A DNA stretch of 64,000 nucleotides from Zygnema circumcarinatum SAG 698-1b. Taxonomy: Eukaryota > Plantae > Zygnematophyceae. Where the stretch lies: NCBI GenBank assembly GCA_037447605.1, contig CM074806.1, positions 4,464,001-4,528,000 on the forward strand, written 5' to 3'. A program made the position numbers and the translations under genes. Shown piece by piece: positions 1 to 11,495 of the stretch (positions within the stretch are counted from its first letter, which is position 1; each line of letters opens with the position of its first letter). The notes beneath the pieces are model-generated. The model did not search any database, had not been told where the DNA came from, and saw only the letters and a program-made list of their open reading frames with translations.

Positions 1-89
1 TGTGTTCAAGAGAATGTGCGATTTTTTTTTTTTTTTTGTTTTTTTTTTCTGAGATTTTGAGGGCTTTCATTTTGGGCTGGGTGTGGCAG

Positions 90-941
90 CTGGCTTGGGA
101 GAATGAGGTTTATCTTGTAGATGCTGTTGTCGGAGGGGAGACGCTTATGGAGGGGTGTCGGAAGGGACTGGAGAGCCCATATGTGACGAAGGTGGTGCAT
201 GACTGCAAGCGCGATAGTGAGGTAAAGTTTCTTGTATGGTTCAATGGCTTGTGCGTCGATTCAGCTTTAAGTTGCTTCATAAGAAAAGTCCTCAAATTCT
301 TCCTTAGTTTACTCACGATCGCGAATTGTCGTTACTAGTGGAAAACACACCGAATCACACACAATTTGACTTTGATAGGTGTAAGTATGAAGTTGCATGC
401 ATAAGGAGTAACCACAATAGAAGAAAGGACACCACTCTTAAGAGGCATGTTTGAGTTTCTTGATGTAGTTGCTAGTTTTGTTTCAATAGTCTCTGTTTCC
501 ATATGGGAGCGGTGTCCTGATTATAGAGCATTTGTCCTTGTGCAGTTTTAATCTAGTGGCGACTGTTTCTCTTAACCTTGTTGAAAACCATCATTGCGTG
601 ATCTGTTTGCAGGCGCTGTACTTTCAGTATAATATCAAGTTGCAAGGCGTTTTTGATACGCAGGTATTTGCCTGTTGCCCACTTTTCCAAGATCTCTAGC
701 GATCATGTTTTGAAGAAGTTGATTTCTGTTTAAAGCCAGTTATAGGTTTCGCCCCCGAAAAATTTTCCCTGCTCCCTTCGTCTCCAACTCCACTTCCCTA
801 CTGTCTCGCCTACTTGTTCTTCTCATCCACTCCCGGCCCAGTGACCCAGTAACTTCGTCCATTAGTCCCTTAACCCCCTGTCTCTCCCCCTCTCTCCCTC
901 CCCCTTTCTCCTTTCCCCTCCCTGTCCCCCTCCCTCTCCCT

Positions 942-972
<31 letters not shown>

Positions 973-3345
973 CATCCCCATCTCCTCCCCTCTCCCCACT
1001 TTCGCTCCCTCTCCTTCCCCTCCCCCTCTCTCGCCCTCCCCTCCGTCGTACTCTCCCACTCCCTCTCCCTGTTTCCCCGGAAAAAAGCAGGTCAGCGTTG
1101 CACCTAGAAACGAGAGGGGGTTGGCATGCTGCAGATCGCCTTCTCTATGATAGAGGAGTTGGAGGGCCGTCCAAGGAGGGTCGATGACTGCATCTCTTTT
1201 GTTGACCTGCTCGCTGATGAACGCTATTGCGGTACGTTTCAGTCTTGGTCACGGGCAGCATTAACATAGAGGTTTCTTTCTAGTAAAAATCTGTGTTTTA
1301 CTAATTTACATTAGGAGCATTACATTAAGGTGCCCCAGTTGTTAGAAAGCATTCCAGCCCAAGTGCTGAAGTCGATTTTGAGGGCTTTGTTCTTAATGGT
1401 TCGTGCCAAGGTTTAGGATTTTAGAAGCTACATCCCGGGTATGGTTTGCAAATGTTCAAATACATAAAAAACACTTTAATGAACGAAACTTAACATGCGG
1501 AATGTGCATATGTCGCTTTTTTATGGCTGCAGGGGTTGTGTACGATGAGAAGCAGGAGGTGCGAGACATCATGCGGCAGGTAGGCGATAGAACAGGCTCA
1601 GAAAACATTCATTCAAGTTCAATTGTCTCCATCATAACACTTCCTCCCTCCCTTCCTCCCTTCCTCTCCTTCCTCTCCTTCCTCCCTCACTTCCTCCTCA
1701 CCATTCTGCCCCTCTCTCGACCACCCCTTGACCTTTCTCAGGATAAAGAGTTCTGGGTGCATCGGCCATGGACACCCATGATGGAGAGAGTGGCAGCAGA
1801 TGATGTGCGGTTCCTCTACCGCATCTACTCTCGCATGAGAGAGAGGTTGGAAGGACAGCAATGGGCCCTGCAAGTGCTGGCGAGGAGAAGCTCCCTCTAC
1901 TGCCGCTGCTTCTGTGTGGGAGAGATGGACTGGCCCGGGGATAGTCCTATCGCAGGAGGTAGGGTTCTTCTTTCATTTTTACGAGCGTTTTATATTCGGT
2001 CTTTTATGTTTTGGGATTCGTATTTTTGTCTGTTCGTGTTTTGTATAAAGGTCTGTTTTGTATGCTGTCTATTTTTGCTTCTGTGGAGAGCATGGAGAGG
2101 CAGGAGGGTTGGGATAGTTAAAGGGGGGAGGGAGGGGGAGGAAAGAGGCAAGGGAGGGAGACGATGGGAGGAAACAACAGGCAAGGAAATAGAGACATTG
2201 TTATGCCTTGAGAGAGAAGGTGGTGAGAGCAGGAAAAGGGATGAGGGAGCTGGGAAAGGAGTGAGAACAGGAGGGTGCGGCTTGCATCGATTATGAAGAG
2301 TTTACCTTCAGGCCGACAAAACAAGAAACGAATGGAAACTCAAATAACAACTGATGAATTGACACTAGCAGCTAATTCCTCCTTGCTTGTTTCACGGAGG
2401 CGTGTATGGCAGAGATGGATTTTGAGGACAGAATTGAGAAGGAGGTTTTGTCGGTTGTGGATGTTCCCATCGGCATGATGGGGCTCGTCATTGGAAAGAA
2501 GGGAGCAACCATTCGGGCCATCAAGGAAGACTGCAAGTAGGGCATCATCACATCGCCTCACTCTCTCTCTCTCTCTCTCTCTCTCTGCCTCACCCTCTCT
2601 CTCTCTCTCTGCCTCACCCTCTCTCTCTCTCTGCCTTTTTACTTTACTCTCTTCATTTCCTCTCACTCTATGGCCATCCTCTCTCAACACCAGCTCTTTC
2701 CCCCTCTCCCGCTCTCTCCGTCTCTTGTATAATTATGCCGGGATACTCACAGCTGGAATGGTAGACTTATCCCCCCTCTCCCCCCTCTCCACCCTCTCTC
2801 ACCTCTCCTTTTTTTTCTTCTCCTTAAGACACAGTCACTCTCAGTGGAACCACCTTTTCAGGAGTTGGTGTCGCTCAAAAATATATTATTTGAATGCTTG
2901 AACTCGAGAATGACATGTGTATGTGGTGCATGCAGACGTGCAGAGATCATCATTGGAGGCGCCAAGGGCCCAAACAACAAGGTATGAACTGGCCTCTTTC
3001 AAATGTGTGTTTGTACCTCATGTGCCTCTATGAGAGAGACTCTCTCTCGCGCTCCCTCTCCTGCCCTCGTCCCTTCGCTCACCCCATTCTCCCCTCTCTC
3101 TCTCGCGCCCTCTCTCCCACTTTCCCCCTTCTCCCCTGTCTCTTCCGTTTCCTTTCCCTTTCTCTGTTTTGTTGTCGTCAATCCCTCCCCCTCCCTCTCC
3201 CTGTACACGTTCACCCTCCTACCTCCCTTCCCTGTTCGATGATTCAGTCTGTGACTGCCACTGCTCTGTGTGGCAGGTGTTTGTCATTGGACCGGTAAGG
3301 GAGGTTCGAAAAGCCGAAGCGATAATTCGAGGAAAACTCATGTGA
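90..3345 (+). CDS. 3'-5' exonuclease (DEDDy-type) + KH domain protein, At2g25910-like; 5' end lies before the window
   Basis: Exons 90-221, 613-663, 1135-1231, 1533-1579, 1742-1958, 2413-2536, 2936-2981, 3277-3345 all have GT-AG ends and join in frame. Motifs: KVVHDCKRDSEALYFQY, DTQIAF, AADDVRFL, LYCRCFC, KH GxxG loop VIGKKGATIRAIKE, C-terminal VFVIGPVREVRKAEAIIRG. Confidence 0.92.
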
Positions 3346-4891
3346 AGCCTTTGCGGCAGGTGTAGTTCTGCACTTTATCTACCTAGCCCCCCCCCCGCCC
3401 CTCTCCCTCTCTCTCTCTATCACTTTCTTGGCCTTTCTCGCCCACTCTCTCGCTCGCCCATATTTCCCTTATGTACCAAGCCCAAGGGCACGGAGCCATG
3501 TGATGTCATACTGAAGCAGTGTTACAAGAAAGTTGGGAATCGAGGGCTGCGGGAAATTGAGGGCTTCCTGTGCTCGTGTTCCGTGTGTCCTGTTCCGTGC
3601 TGCACAACTGAACAGATTTTTCAGGAAAGGACTTTCAGTTCCTCCCGAGAGTGCAAATTGTTGTACCGGTTTGCCATGCGCTGTTGATTCTTATATTTTT
3701 TATTGTCTGAATCAGCGGTTTTTATGCATTGCACATGATATTTATTCGATAATAAATACTAAGTAAATTTACAAATAGAGGTTTACACAGTTGTGCTAGG
3801 ATTCGAACTGAGTACCATGGGCGTCACAAACGGCCGACAGAACTCGAACTGCTCATGGAACCGTACCCAAAGTTTGATACGAAAAACTTGTAAGGCGGTT
3901 TTGCATCGCTGGCGTGGAATGCCCGCAATTGGGGACCTTCAGAATTGAAAATTTGAATATGGGTTTTGTTTCTTTGAATGAATTACTTTTTATCTTTTGC
4001 TGTTCTTAAACTTGTTTTGGCAAAGCGTGTACTGTACTGAATTTGCACTCCGAAAGTTTTTAGGGTTTTTCTGTAGGAAATCCCTCACTGTTGTTGGTCT
4101 TTGTGGGAGGAGCTGACCTTCGGAATCCTCAAAGTATGTGCTGTCACATTATGGGTACAGAGGTGGAGGCTCATAGTGCCATTGCGAAGGTGATGACTGC
4201 TCATAGTTTCTAATGAAAAACCAATTGATAAGCTTGAACTGTCGAATGGATCGAAGACCACATGAACGAGTTTTACTTGATTTACCAATAATAGTCAAAC
4301 GTTTGAAAAATCCTTAGCTAGAATTCAAATTCAAATTCAGCTTCAAAGTCTGTCTTTGCTTCTTCTCGCCTTGATGGGTCCCCTTCCCAAGCAGAGTCTG
4401 CATCTGTGTAAATATGGCCGGGCAATTCAGCACCACAAAAGACTGAGAAAGAGGACACGCAAAGCAATAGAATCGGAGATGCTGGAACTTCGAATACTTC
4501 ATCAATTTCAAAATACAAGAGAGCCACCCATCACAAACACAAACAAGACCCACAACCCCAAAGCATCTTTTGCAAACCTTCTAACCAAATTCAAAACGGT
4601 GCGATCTCACAATTCTTGTCGAACCAGCAAGTGAGAATCGAGGCATCTCTCTTTCTCTCGTCCTCTCCAGCTCCCTTTATTCCTCCCTCTCCCTCTCGCC
4701 TTCCTCTCGTCATCCTTCTTTCTCCACACATCCTCGGGTTTCATTCTCTCCTTCCTCTTCCTTCCCCTGATCCTCCCTCCCTCTCCCTCTCCCTCTCCCT
4801 CTCCCTCTCCCTCTCCGGATGAGGAATTAAGAATTAAGGACTTTCCGTAAACTCAAAATCTTGCGAATTTCAAAAATAGAAACTAGTTGAC

Positions 4892-5000
4892 GGTTAACCG
4901 GTTAACCAGTTCCCCTTTCCAAGCTTTTCAGGCCATGTCCACCCCCGCGACGCCTGGAGGCGCCACGTGGCACTCCGGAGCTCCTAAACCCTAACCCTAA
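4892..5000. promoter_or_regulatory. Promoter motifs upstream of the VIR3-like gene: 16-bp palindrome, G-box, telo-box
   Basis: GGTTAACCGGTTAACC at 4892-4907, GCCACGTGGC at 4962-4971 and AAACCCTAACCCTAA at 4986-5000, all within 200 bp of the ATG at 5085. Function is inferred from motif identity only. Confidence 0.45.
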
Positions 5001-5084
5001 TCCTCGCCATCAATCCATGTCTGCTCGGCTCTCTCGCACCCCAATGCTTCTCACTCCCCCACTCCCGCTCCCGTTTTCACTCTC

Positions 5085-6870
5085 ATGGCCCTCCAAGCTG
5101 CGTCACAGGCCCCTGCTCTCTTCTCGAACCCTAATTTTGCCCCACCACTAAAGAGTGGCCACCTCTCCTCCCTCCCTTGCTCCTCCTGCTGTGTCTCTCT
5201 CCCTCCTATCCGGGAGCTTCCTACATCTCCCTCCCTCACTTCTCTGCGCGATGGAGTGCGGAGACGGCGTTGTGGCAGCCATGGCTTCCGCTTACAGCCG
5301 AGCGCTGCAAGAGCTTCTTCAGAAGGAGGAGGCCAATTGCAGGAGAAAATGGCGGTGGCGGTGAGAGAATCTGAGGAGAAGCCATGGCTGGAGTTTGAGA
5401 GGGCGGTGGACGAGCTCGACATGGCGAGAGCTTTCGACTTGTTGGAGGTGATAGAGAGCAGGGAGGTGGAGGAGAAGACGATGCTGCCAAGAAGAGGGAG
5501 CAGTTCTACCAGTCTGGACATGGCTGTCGCGCTTAATGTGGGAGGGAAGGAAAGGGAGGGATCAGAGATGCTGCTGGAGGAGGAGAGGCAGACTGCGGTA
5601 GTAGAAATTGTTGATGAGCGAGAGGAGGCCACTCCCTCGATTCGGGAAAGGAGGTCGCTGCGGCTTCTGGATGCGGCTCTCACAGCAACCGACATGCGCT
5701 TAGTCATGGCGGGGTATCAATGGCTGAAAGATCGGGGCTTGCTGCCAAGCTTTGGCTCCGTTGTGCCTGATTGTATGTCTTGACGTCTCTCCCTTCTCCT
5801 CTCGCTCTCTCTCTCTGCCCTTTTCCTCGCCCTTATTTGTTGTCTATGAACCGCCGGGTCCTGAAACCGAAGCATAAGCTTCTGATAGAGGAAGAAGAAA
5901 TTGGAATTGTAAGGACCTGCACTAGGATGCAAAACGAATTGAGATAGGGAGAAAATAAGGAATTTGTGCACACAAGCGAAATTGCTGTTTGTTTAGCAAT
6001 TATGACGTACACATATTCCCTTTGAGTAAAAAGGAAAGCCTTTGCAATTGATTGTCTATCTCTAACAAGCAGATTTACCTCAGAAAGGTAGCTTCACATT
6101 TCACTTCATAGGCAAACAGGTATGAAGGTGGAAATAGTGTTTTTGGTGCGAGTTGCTGACCCTTGAGAACGTGAAAGTGAAGGAGACTCGTCCTCGCTTT
6201 CATATCAACTTAGAGCGTGATTCTTGAATAGAAAATGTGACTTTTTCCAACAGCATGGCATCCTTTCCCAATCCTAAGTAGGAGACCTGTTTTGTGCTGT
6301 GAGTGCAGCATCAAATGGGGAGCGGCTAGTGACTCCAACCGTTCTGAAGTCGGCAGCTGGATTGGAAGGTAACATACTAGTTGAACTCTTAAGTCTAATG
6401 TGTGCATGTTCGTATATCTGAACACGGCTATTTCTCAAACATAGGTTAAATTGGGGTAGCCGGATTACCTGGATAGCCTTGTTTTCTATCCTTGATAATG
6501 GAATCCTGCATGCTGTTTTTAATTCTATAATCAGAATCAAGTTCAGTAGGTTCTCTGACTGAACTTTAATAAGGTTTCTTTTCTCTGTGCAGCTTCGAAG
6601 CTGAGCCCCAAAAAATGGGGCCTAACTGGCTGGGCCCCTCTTGTCATTTTTGGGTTGATTTCTTCACTTGTAAATAATGGAGTGGATATTCGACCAATCA
6701 TAGTGCTTGCTCTCGCCGCCGCTGTGGGAGACTCTCTCCTTTTGGGAGGAACAGGATATGGCCAAGTGATGAGTGTATGGCCTCCCTACAAGAAGAGAGT
6801 GATCGTCCATGAGGCCGGGCATGTGGTAGCAGGTCAGACTTTTCAACAAGGGAGGGACCTGAGCGGAAGG

Positions 6871-6902
<32 letters not shown>

Positions 6903-8020
6903 GAGAAGAGATGTAGAGAAACAAGGGCTTCCTTTTGAGTGTGAGGGCTCAGGAGACTAAAAACGTCATGAAATTGAAGAGATTTCTATTGTTTTTCCCT
7001 TTTCTTTTTGTTTTTTCAGCTTATTTGTTGGGTTGCCCTGTGAGAGGAGTGATATTGGACGCAATGGAGGCTGTGAGGATGGGCATACGGGGCCAGGTAA
7101 GCCCTCTCTCCCTCCGTTCTCTCACACAGGACTAGCTTCAAAGTGGCCAAACTTGGAGAGGAAAACGGACTTCTGTTGCAGAAATGAACGCTCTCTTATG
7201 TGCCTTCAGATATGCGATCATATGTACATTGCAATGTGCATAATTTTGCCGTTAAAACCGCAGTCTGGAGGGAGAGCACTGCAGGCAGGCACTCAGTTTT
7301 GGGACTCCGCCATGGAGGAGGAGCTGCAGCAGGGCCGGCTTACGTCAGCTTCCATAGACAGGTTTGCGGTTTTCCTCTGCATATCTTTGAGCTTGCAAAA
7401 TCCCTCTCTTTCTCAATGGGAAGAAGAAAGGCACGTCGGGATGAGAGGTGGGGTACAGTAGCAGAGGCTTTATCAAGCTTCAGTCGCTGAGCAAATCATG
7501 AATTATGTCAAGAGCTTTGAATCAGCTGTTCTCCTCCTTCTGCAGGTATTGCATTGTGCTGTTTGCAGGCATAGCTGCAGAAGCCATGGTTTACGGAGAG
7601 GCTGAGGGAGGAGAGAGTGATGAAAATTTGTACAAGGCGGTGGTGGGGCAGCTTCAGCCTGCTTGGCCCCTGGCAAAGGTGAGACTCTTCGGCAGAGAAT
7701 TAGGGTTAGCCACAGAACTAGGGTTAGGCACAGAGGTAGGGCTAAAACCCAGAATCAGGATTAGGCCCACAATTAGGTTTAAGGTTTTGGTGTTCCTTTC
7801 TTATGCAATTAGGCTGATCTCTCCAACCGCAGCTGTTTCTAATTTCTATTATGTTCCCTGTCTCAATTTGCAGATTTCCAACCAGGCAAGGTGGTCTGTT
7901 CTGCAAGCCTTCCTCCTCTTGAAGAAGCATCGGAGAGCCCACGAGGCAGTAGTGAGGGGTCTCCAGGAGGGAGCGTCTATGGGGGAGTTGGTGAAGGCTA
8001 TGGAGGACGCCATGGCTTGA
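5085..8020 (+). CDS. VIR3: Chloroplast putative zinc metalloprotease of the VIR3 / At1g56180 family (M41-like HExxH)
   Basis: Exons 5085-5772, (possible micro-exon 6073-6087), 6309-6368, 6593-6832, 7020-7096, 7285-7361, 7546-7678, 7874-8020. Ser/Ala-rich transit-peptide-like N-terminus, then VTPTVLKSAAGLE, SKLSPKKWG, VIVHEAGH, AYLLGCPVRGVILD, AGTQFWD, LFAGIAAEAMVYGEAEGGESDENL, SNQARWSVLQ. Orthology recalled from the Arabidopsis sequence, not searched. Confidence 0.9.
7696..7785 (+). repeat. ~18-bp degenerate minisatellite with TAGGGTTA core, in a VIR3 intron
   Basis: About five units such as cagaactagggttaggca, cagaggtagggctaaaac, cagaatcaggattaggcc inside intron 7679-7873. Confidence 0.6.
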
Positions 8021-8767
8021 CCATCCGTTCCACTGCGAACTTCAGTTTTAGTTTCAGTTTCAGTTCCGACTCCAGTTGGTTTAACTCTTGGTTGCAGTTC
8101 TTTATGTGCAGTTAGGGTTGTAATTCTAGTCTTTGTCTTGTTATTGATTACTTCTGTAGCAATGCAAAGCAGTAGGCGCACAGTTTGATATTGCCACCTA
8201 GGACGGGCTGTACATAGCTGCATGTAGAGAGAGAGAGAGAGGCAGAGAGAGAGAGATAGAGATGGAGAGAGAAAGAGAGAGAGATCAAATGTGGCCTCGC
8301 CGACTGTGATCACATCAATACGTTTGCAAAAATTGTGAAATTTGTGCTGATTTTCTGTAGTTTTTTCCCCTTCTTTTTTCATGTATAGCCCTTTCTGTTT
8401 TAGGATATACGTGCTAATGAAATGCCGGCAGCATATGCACATGCAGAATGCTGGATGTGCCTCGTTCCATCGTTCCATGCTTCAGTTTGGTCTGATTCTA
8501 TTTTGGGCACAAAGCAACGCGTTACAGGCATCGTATATCGCCAGTTGTCAAAACAATCGCAGCAGGAACGCCATCCTTGGAATGAGAGCGCAAAAGCAAA
8601 GATGTGTATGCAGCCGATGTCTTCTCTTTTCTTGCATGGAAAGATTCTGTCTCTGTACACGTTCTACAATGCTCTACAGGCATCAGCTATGAAAATGCTA
8701 TGACCCAATTTCCAACCCTGAGGACAAGAAGGGTTGTCCTTTTCTTATGTACAAGTGAGAGGCTAGT

Positions 8768-8800
<33 letters not shown>

Positions 8801-8981
8801 CAAAAAGCGAGAGGGAAGAAGTAACGAGGTGACAAGGCAGAAGCTCCTCTAAATCTTCCTCACATTCCTTCAAATGTCTTCAGTCAACTCTAACCCTTGC
8901 CCTAATTTCTGAGCACTCTGCCTCAGACACATTCAGCTCACGTTCTAGGACTTACCAGCAGCTCTGCTTCTCTCTTGCCAA

Positions 8982-9821
8982 TCACTCCCTCCCTTCGTTC
9001 TCCTTTGCTGCTTTCTCCTCTACTTTCCTTTTCCTCACCATCTTATCATCGTTTGGAGCTCCGCCCTCATCTATCTCCACATTTCTTTCCCACAAAGTGG
9101 ACCCTTTTTGCAGTTCTTCCACTGTTTTCTTCTCAGGGAGCTCCGGCATGCTTGGAATCCATTCACTTGCCTTCGCCTTCAGCTTCCTCACACCGTCCCA
9201 CTCTTTCACCTCCTCTCCCACCTTCTTTGCTCCCTCCACCATGAACTCAACACTTCCTTTTATGTTTTCGACAACTTCCTCCACTAACCCTAATTCCTCC
9301 CTCTCCTTCCTTACCGCCGCTCGCTCTTTCGCTTCCAACCCTTCTTTGTCGAGAATATTCAACTGCTCATTTAGTGACTTTTCCTTGTTCTCCTCAAGTA
9401 ACTCCTCCTTTTCCTCTACATTCACAGGTTTCACTTCATCCTTACCAGGATGAACTGCTGCTGCTGCTAATTCCTCCCCAGCCATGTCTAAAGCATTCTC
9501 ATCAGCATGCACCCAGTACCCACCTGCCCTCTCTTCATGGCTGCGATACCTCTCCTTTTCTGCATCGAAGTCACTTCTGTAAATTGCGTCCACAGTTCTC
9601 CGAGCGTTGGAAAAATCTGCATCTGTATCTGTATCTGTATCTGGTTTTTCCTTTCCTTTATTCCGTTCTTCTTTCTTTTGAACATCGTTCGAACCCTGCC
9701 TGCCTAAATTTCCTTCTTTTTCGGTTGAGTTGGCCCCCTCCTCAATGTGAGGTTCTGTTACTTTCACCTCCTTGGGTCCACTTGCAGGGTCGACAATATG
9801 AGCGGCGATTCCTTCTTCTCT
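8982..9821 (-). CDS. Large terminal exon of an uncharacterised Glu/Lys-rich protein; upstream exons unresolved
   Basis: About 280 stop-free codons with non-repetitive, protein-like composition, preceded by acceptor TTTTTTGCAG (exon starts at 9821). Exon-like segments near 10108-10143 and 10200-10400 could not be joined in frame with confidence. Confidence 0.55.
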   Translation of the reverse strand, partial: REEGIAAHIVDPASGPKEVKVTEPHIEEGANSTEKEGNLGRQGSNDVQKKEERNKGKEKPDTDTDTDADFSNARRTVDAIYRSDFDAEKERYRSHEERAGGYWVHADENALDMAGEELAAAAVHPGKDEVKPVNVEEKEELLEENKEKSLNEQLNILDKEGLEAKERAAVRKEREELGLVEEVVENIKGSVEFMVEGAKKVGEEVKEWDGVRKLKAKASEWIPSMPELPEKKTVEELQKGSTLWERNVEIDEGGAPNDDKMVRKRKVEEKAAKENEGRE

Positions 9822-11495
9822 CTGCAAAAAACAGAGGGCCAAATTTTGAAACTATGGAATAGGAACTTGACAGCCGGGAAAAGTAGGATACTTATTCAAA
9901 CAGGTTACACTGAGGAAACGTGGCAAGAGTTTCTACGGGTACTTTAGCGGACTTTCGTCCGGAAAATTCTTTATGAATTCCTTTGAGTAAAATTTTCTAG
10001 GCTTCTGCAGGCAGAGTTTCTAGATATTTTGTTGACTGGGGATTTAATTCCATTTTTTTTAAATAGTCAGGAAAAAGGGAAAGTAACAACAGGGAGCAGT
10101 ACCTATTTGACTTGATCATCTCATCTCGCTCGCATGTTCTGTTAATGAATCACGAAACTAGCGCCTGGTTCTTATCTCTTTCTTTCATCACCATCATCAT
10201 CAAAGCAAAAAACAACGAAAAAAACTTTGGAAATTCAGCTGTGCATATGGTTGACTCTGCTGTGCCTGCACCGCATTCAAGCCGTCTTCTTCGATGTCAA
10301 GGGCGGTGATGCTGGCCACTCCTTCTGCTGCCTGCTGCTGCTGGAGGAGGTCCGGCCTAAACCAGCTGCGAAAGCGAACGCCGCCATGGCCGACTGCTGC
10401 ATTCAGCTGCAACGATTCCAACGAAACATTAGACTGTTATGTCGACTCCAAAATAATCGAAGCCGAAAGTGTTTTGAATGTGTCTCTCACGCACATTTCC
10501 AGCACAGAATGCTCCAATCGACAATTTGTGCGCATGTCTCGCCACTTCTTGGACATGCGTTGGAAGTATTCGCCGCGTTAGTCCTGAAAGGAGCCGCAGC
10601 TTTGCAGGGCCCATGCTTAGCGAGTGCGATGCAAGGTATCAAGCGACGTTACATTTCTGTAGGGCCCATTCTCAAACAAGTGCGAGGGAAATCAATCAAA
10701 GGAAAGAAAGAGGAAGGCCGCGGTAGAGAATTAAGGAACGAAGTTCGAGATCATTAAGCAGCTGAAATCAAGAAAAGCCTTCCTGCCTTTCTCCTCCCTA
10801 GAAAATCAAAATGAAATGATTCTGGCTGTGACGCGTAGAGAGCATGTGCATGGCCAGGTATGACAGATGTCGACCGATGATAGACATTTCGCATGCACGA
10901 GTTCCCGCCTGCATGATCGACGGCACCGCGCCGTCCGCCGGTCACCGAAGTGAGCAGGTCTCAACATCGCACCGTCGAACGAGGGCGGCTGCGATGTGGG
11001 CTTCTCCTCTTTCGCTCCTTTCCTTTTATGGCTATGTGGGACTTTCAAGGTAAGAGGGAGAGAGAGAGAGCTTGAGAGGCACCTGCCAATTGTCTTTACC
11101 TTTCCAATCGTTAAGCCTTTTCTGTAAGGGCATAATAACATACAAGAGGGCATAATAATATGGTCGAGTGGTGATTGGAGTGACCAGCTCTCCTTCAGAT
11201 TGGTGATAGAATGCTCATAGCATCCACATTCTTCAACCCTGCAAGCACCTCAGCGCCTTTCAAACCAGTGAGAGCAGAGCAGTATATTTATTAAACCTTT
11301 GAAGCTGTGTGTTATCTCTAGGATGAGGAGCATTCACTTTTAGTTTTGTTCAATGGCGGTGTGGAAGATCCCAGAAGACAGCTGTGCTGCCTGTTTGAAA
11401 GCAAACCACTCGCAGTCGGCACAAACCTGAAAACGCCAAAGGAACAGGTCTACACGTACTGCACTTCTCTTTCTTCTCTTTCACCTTTTCCAAAA

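Noticed and set aside
11159-11260. tRNA gene suggested by the A-box-like TGGTCGAGTGGT
   Set aside because: No proper B box or cloverleaf follows.
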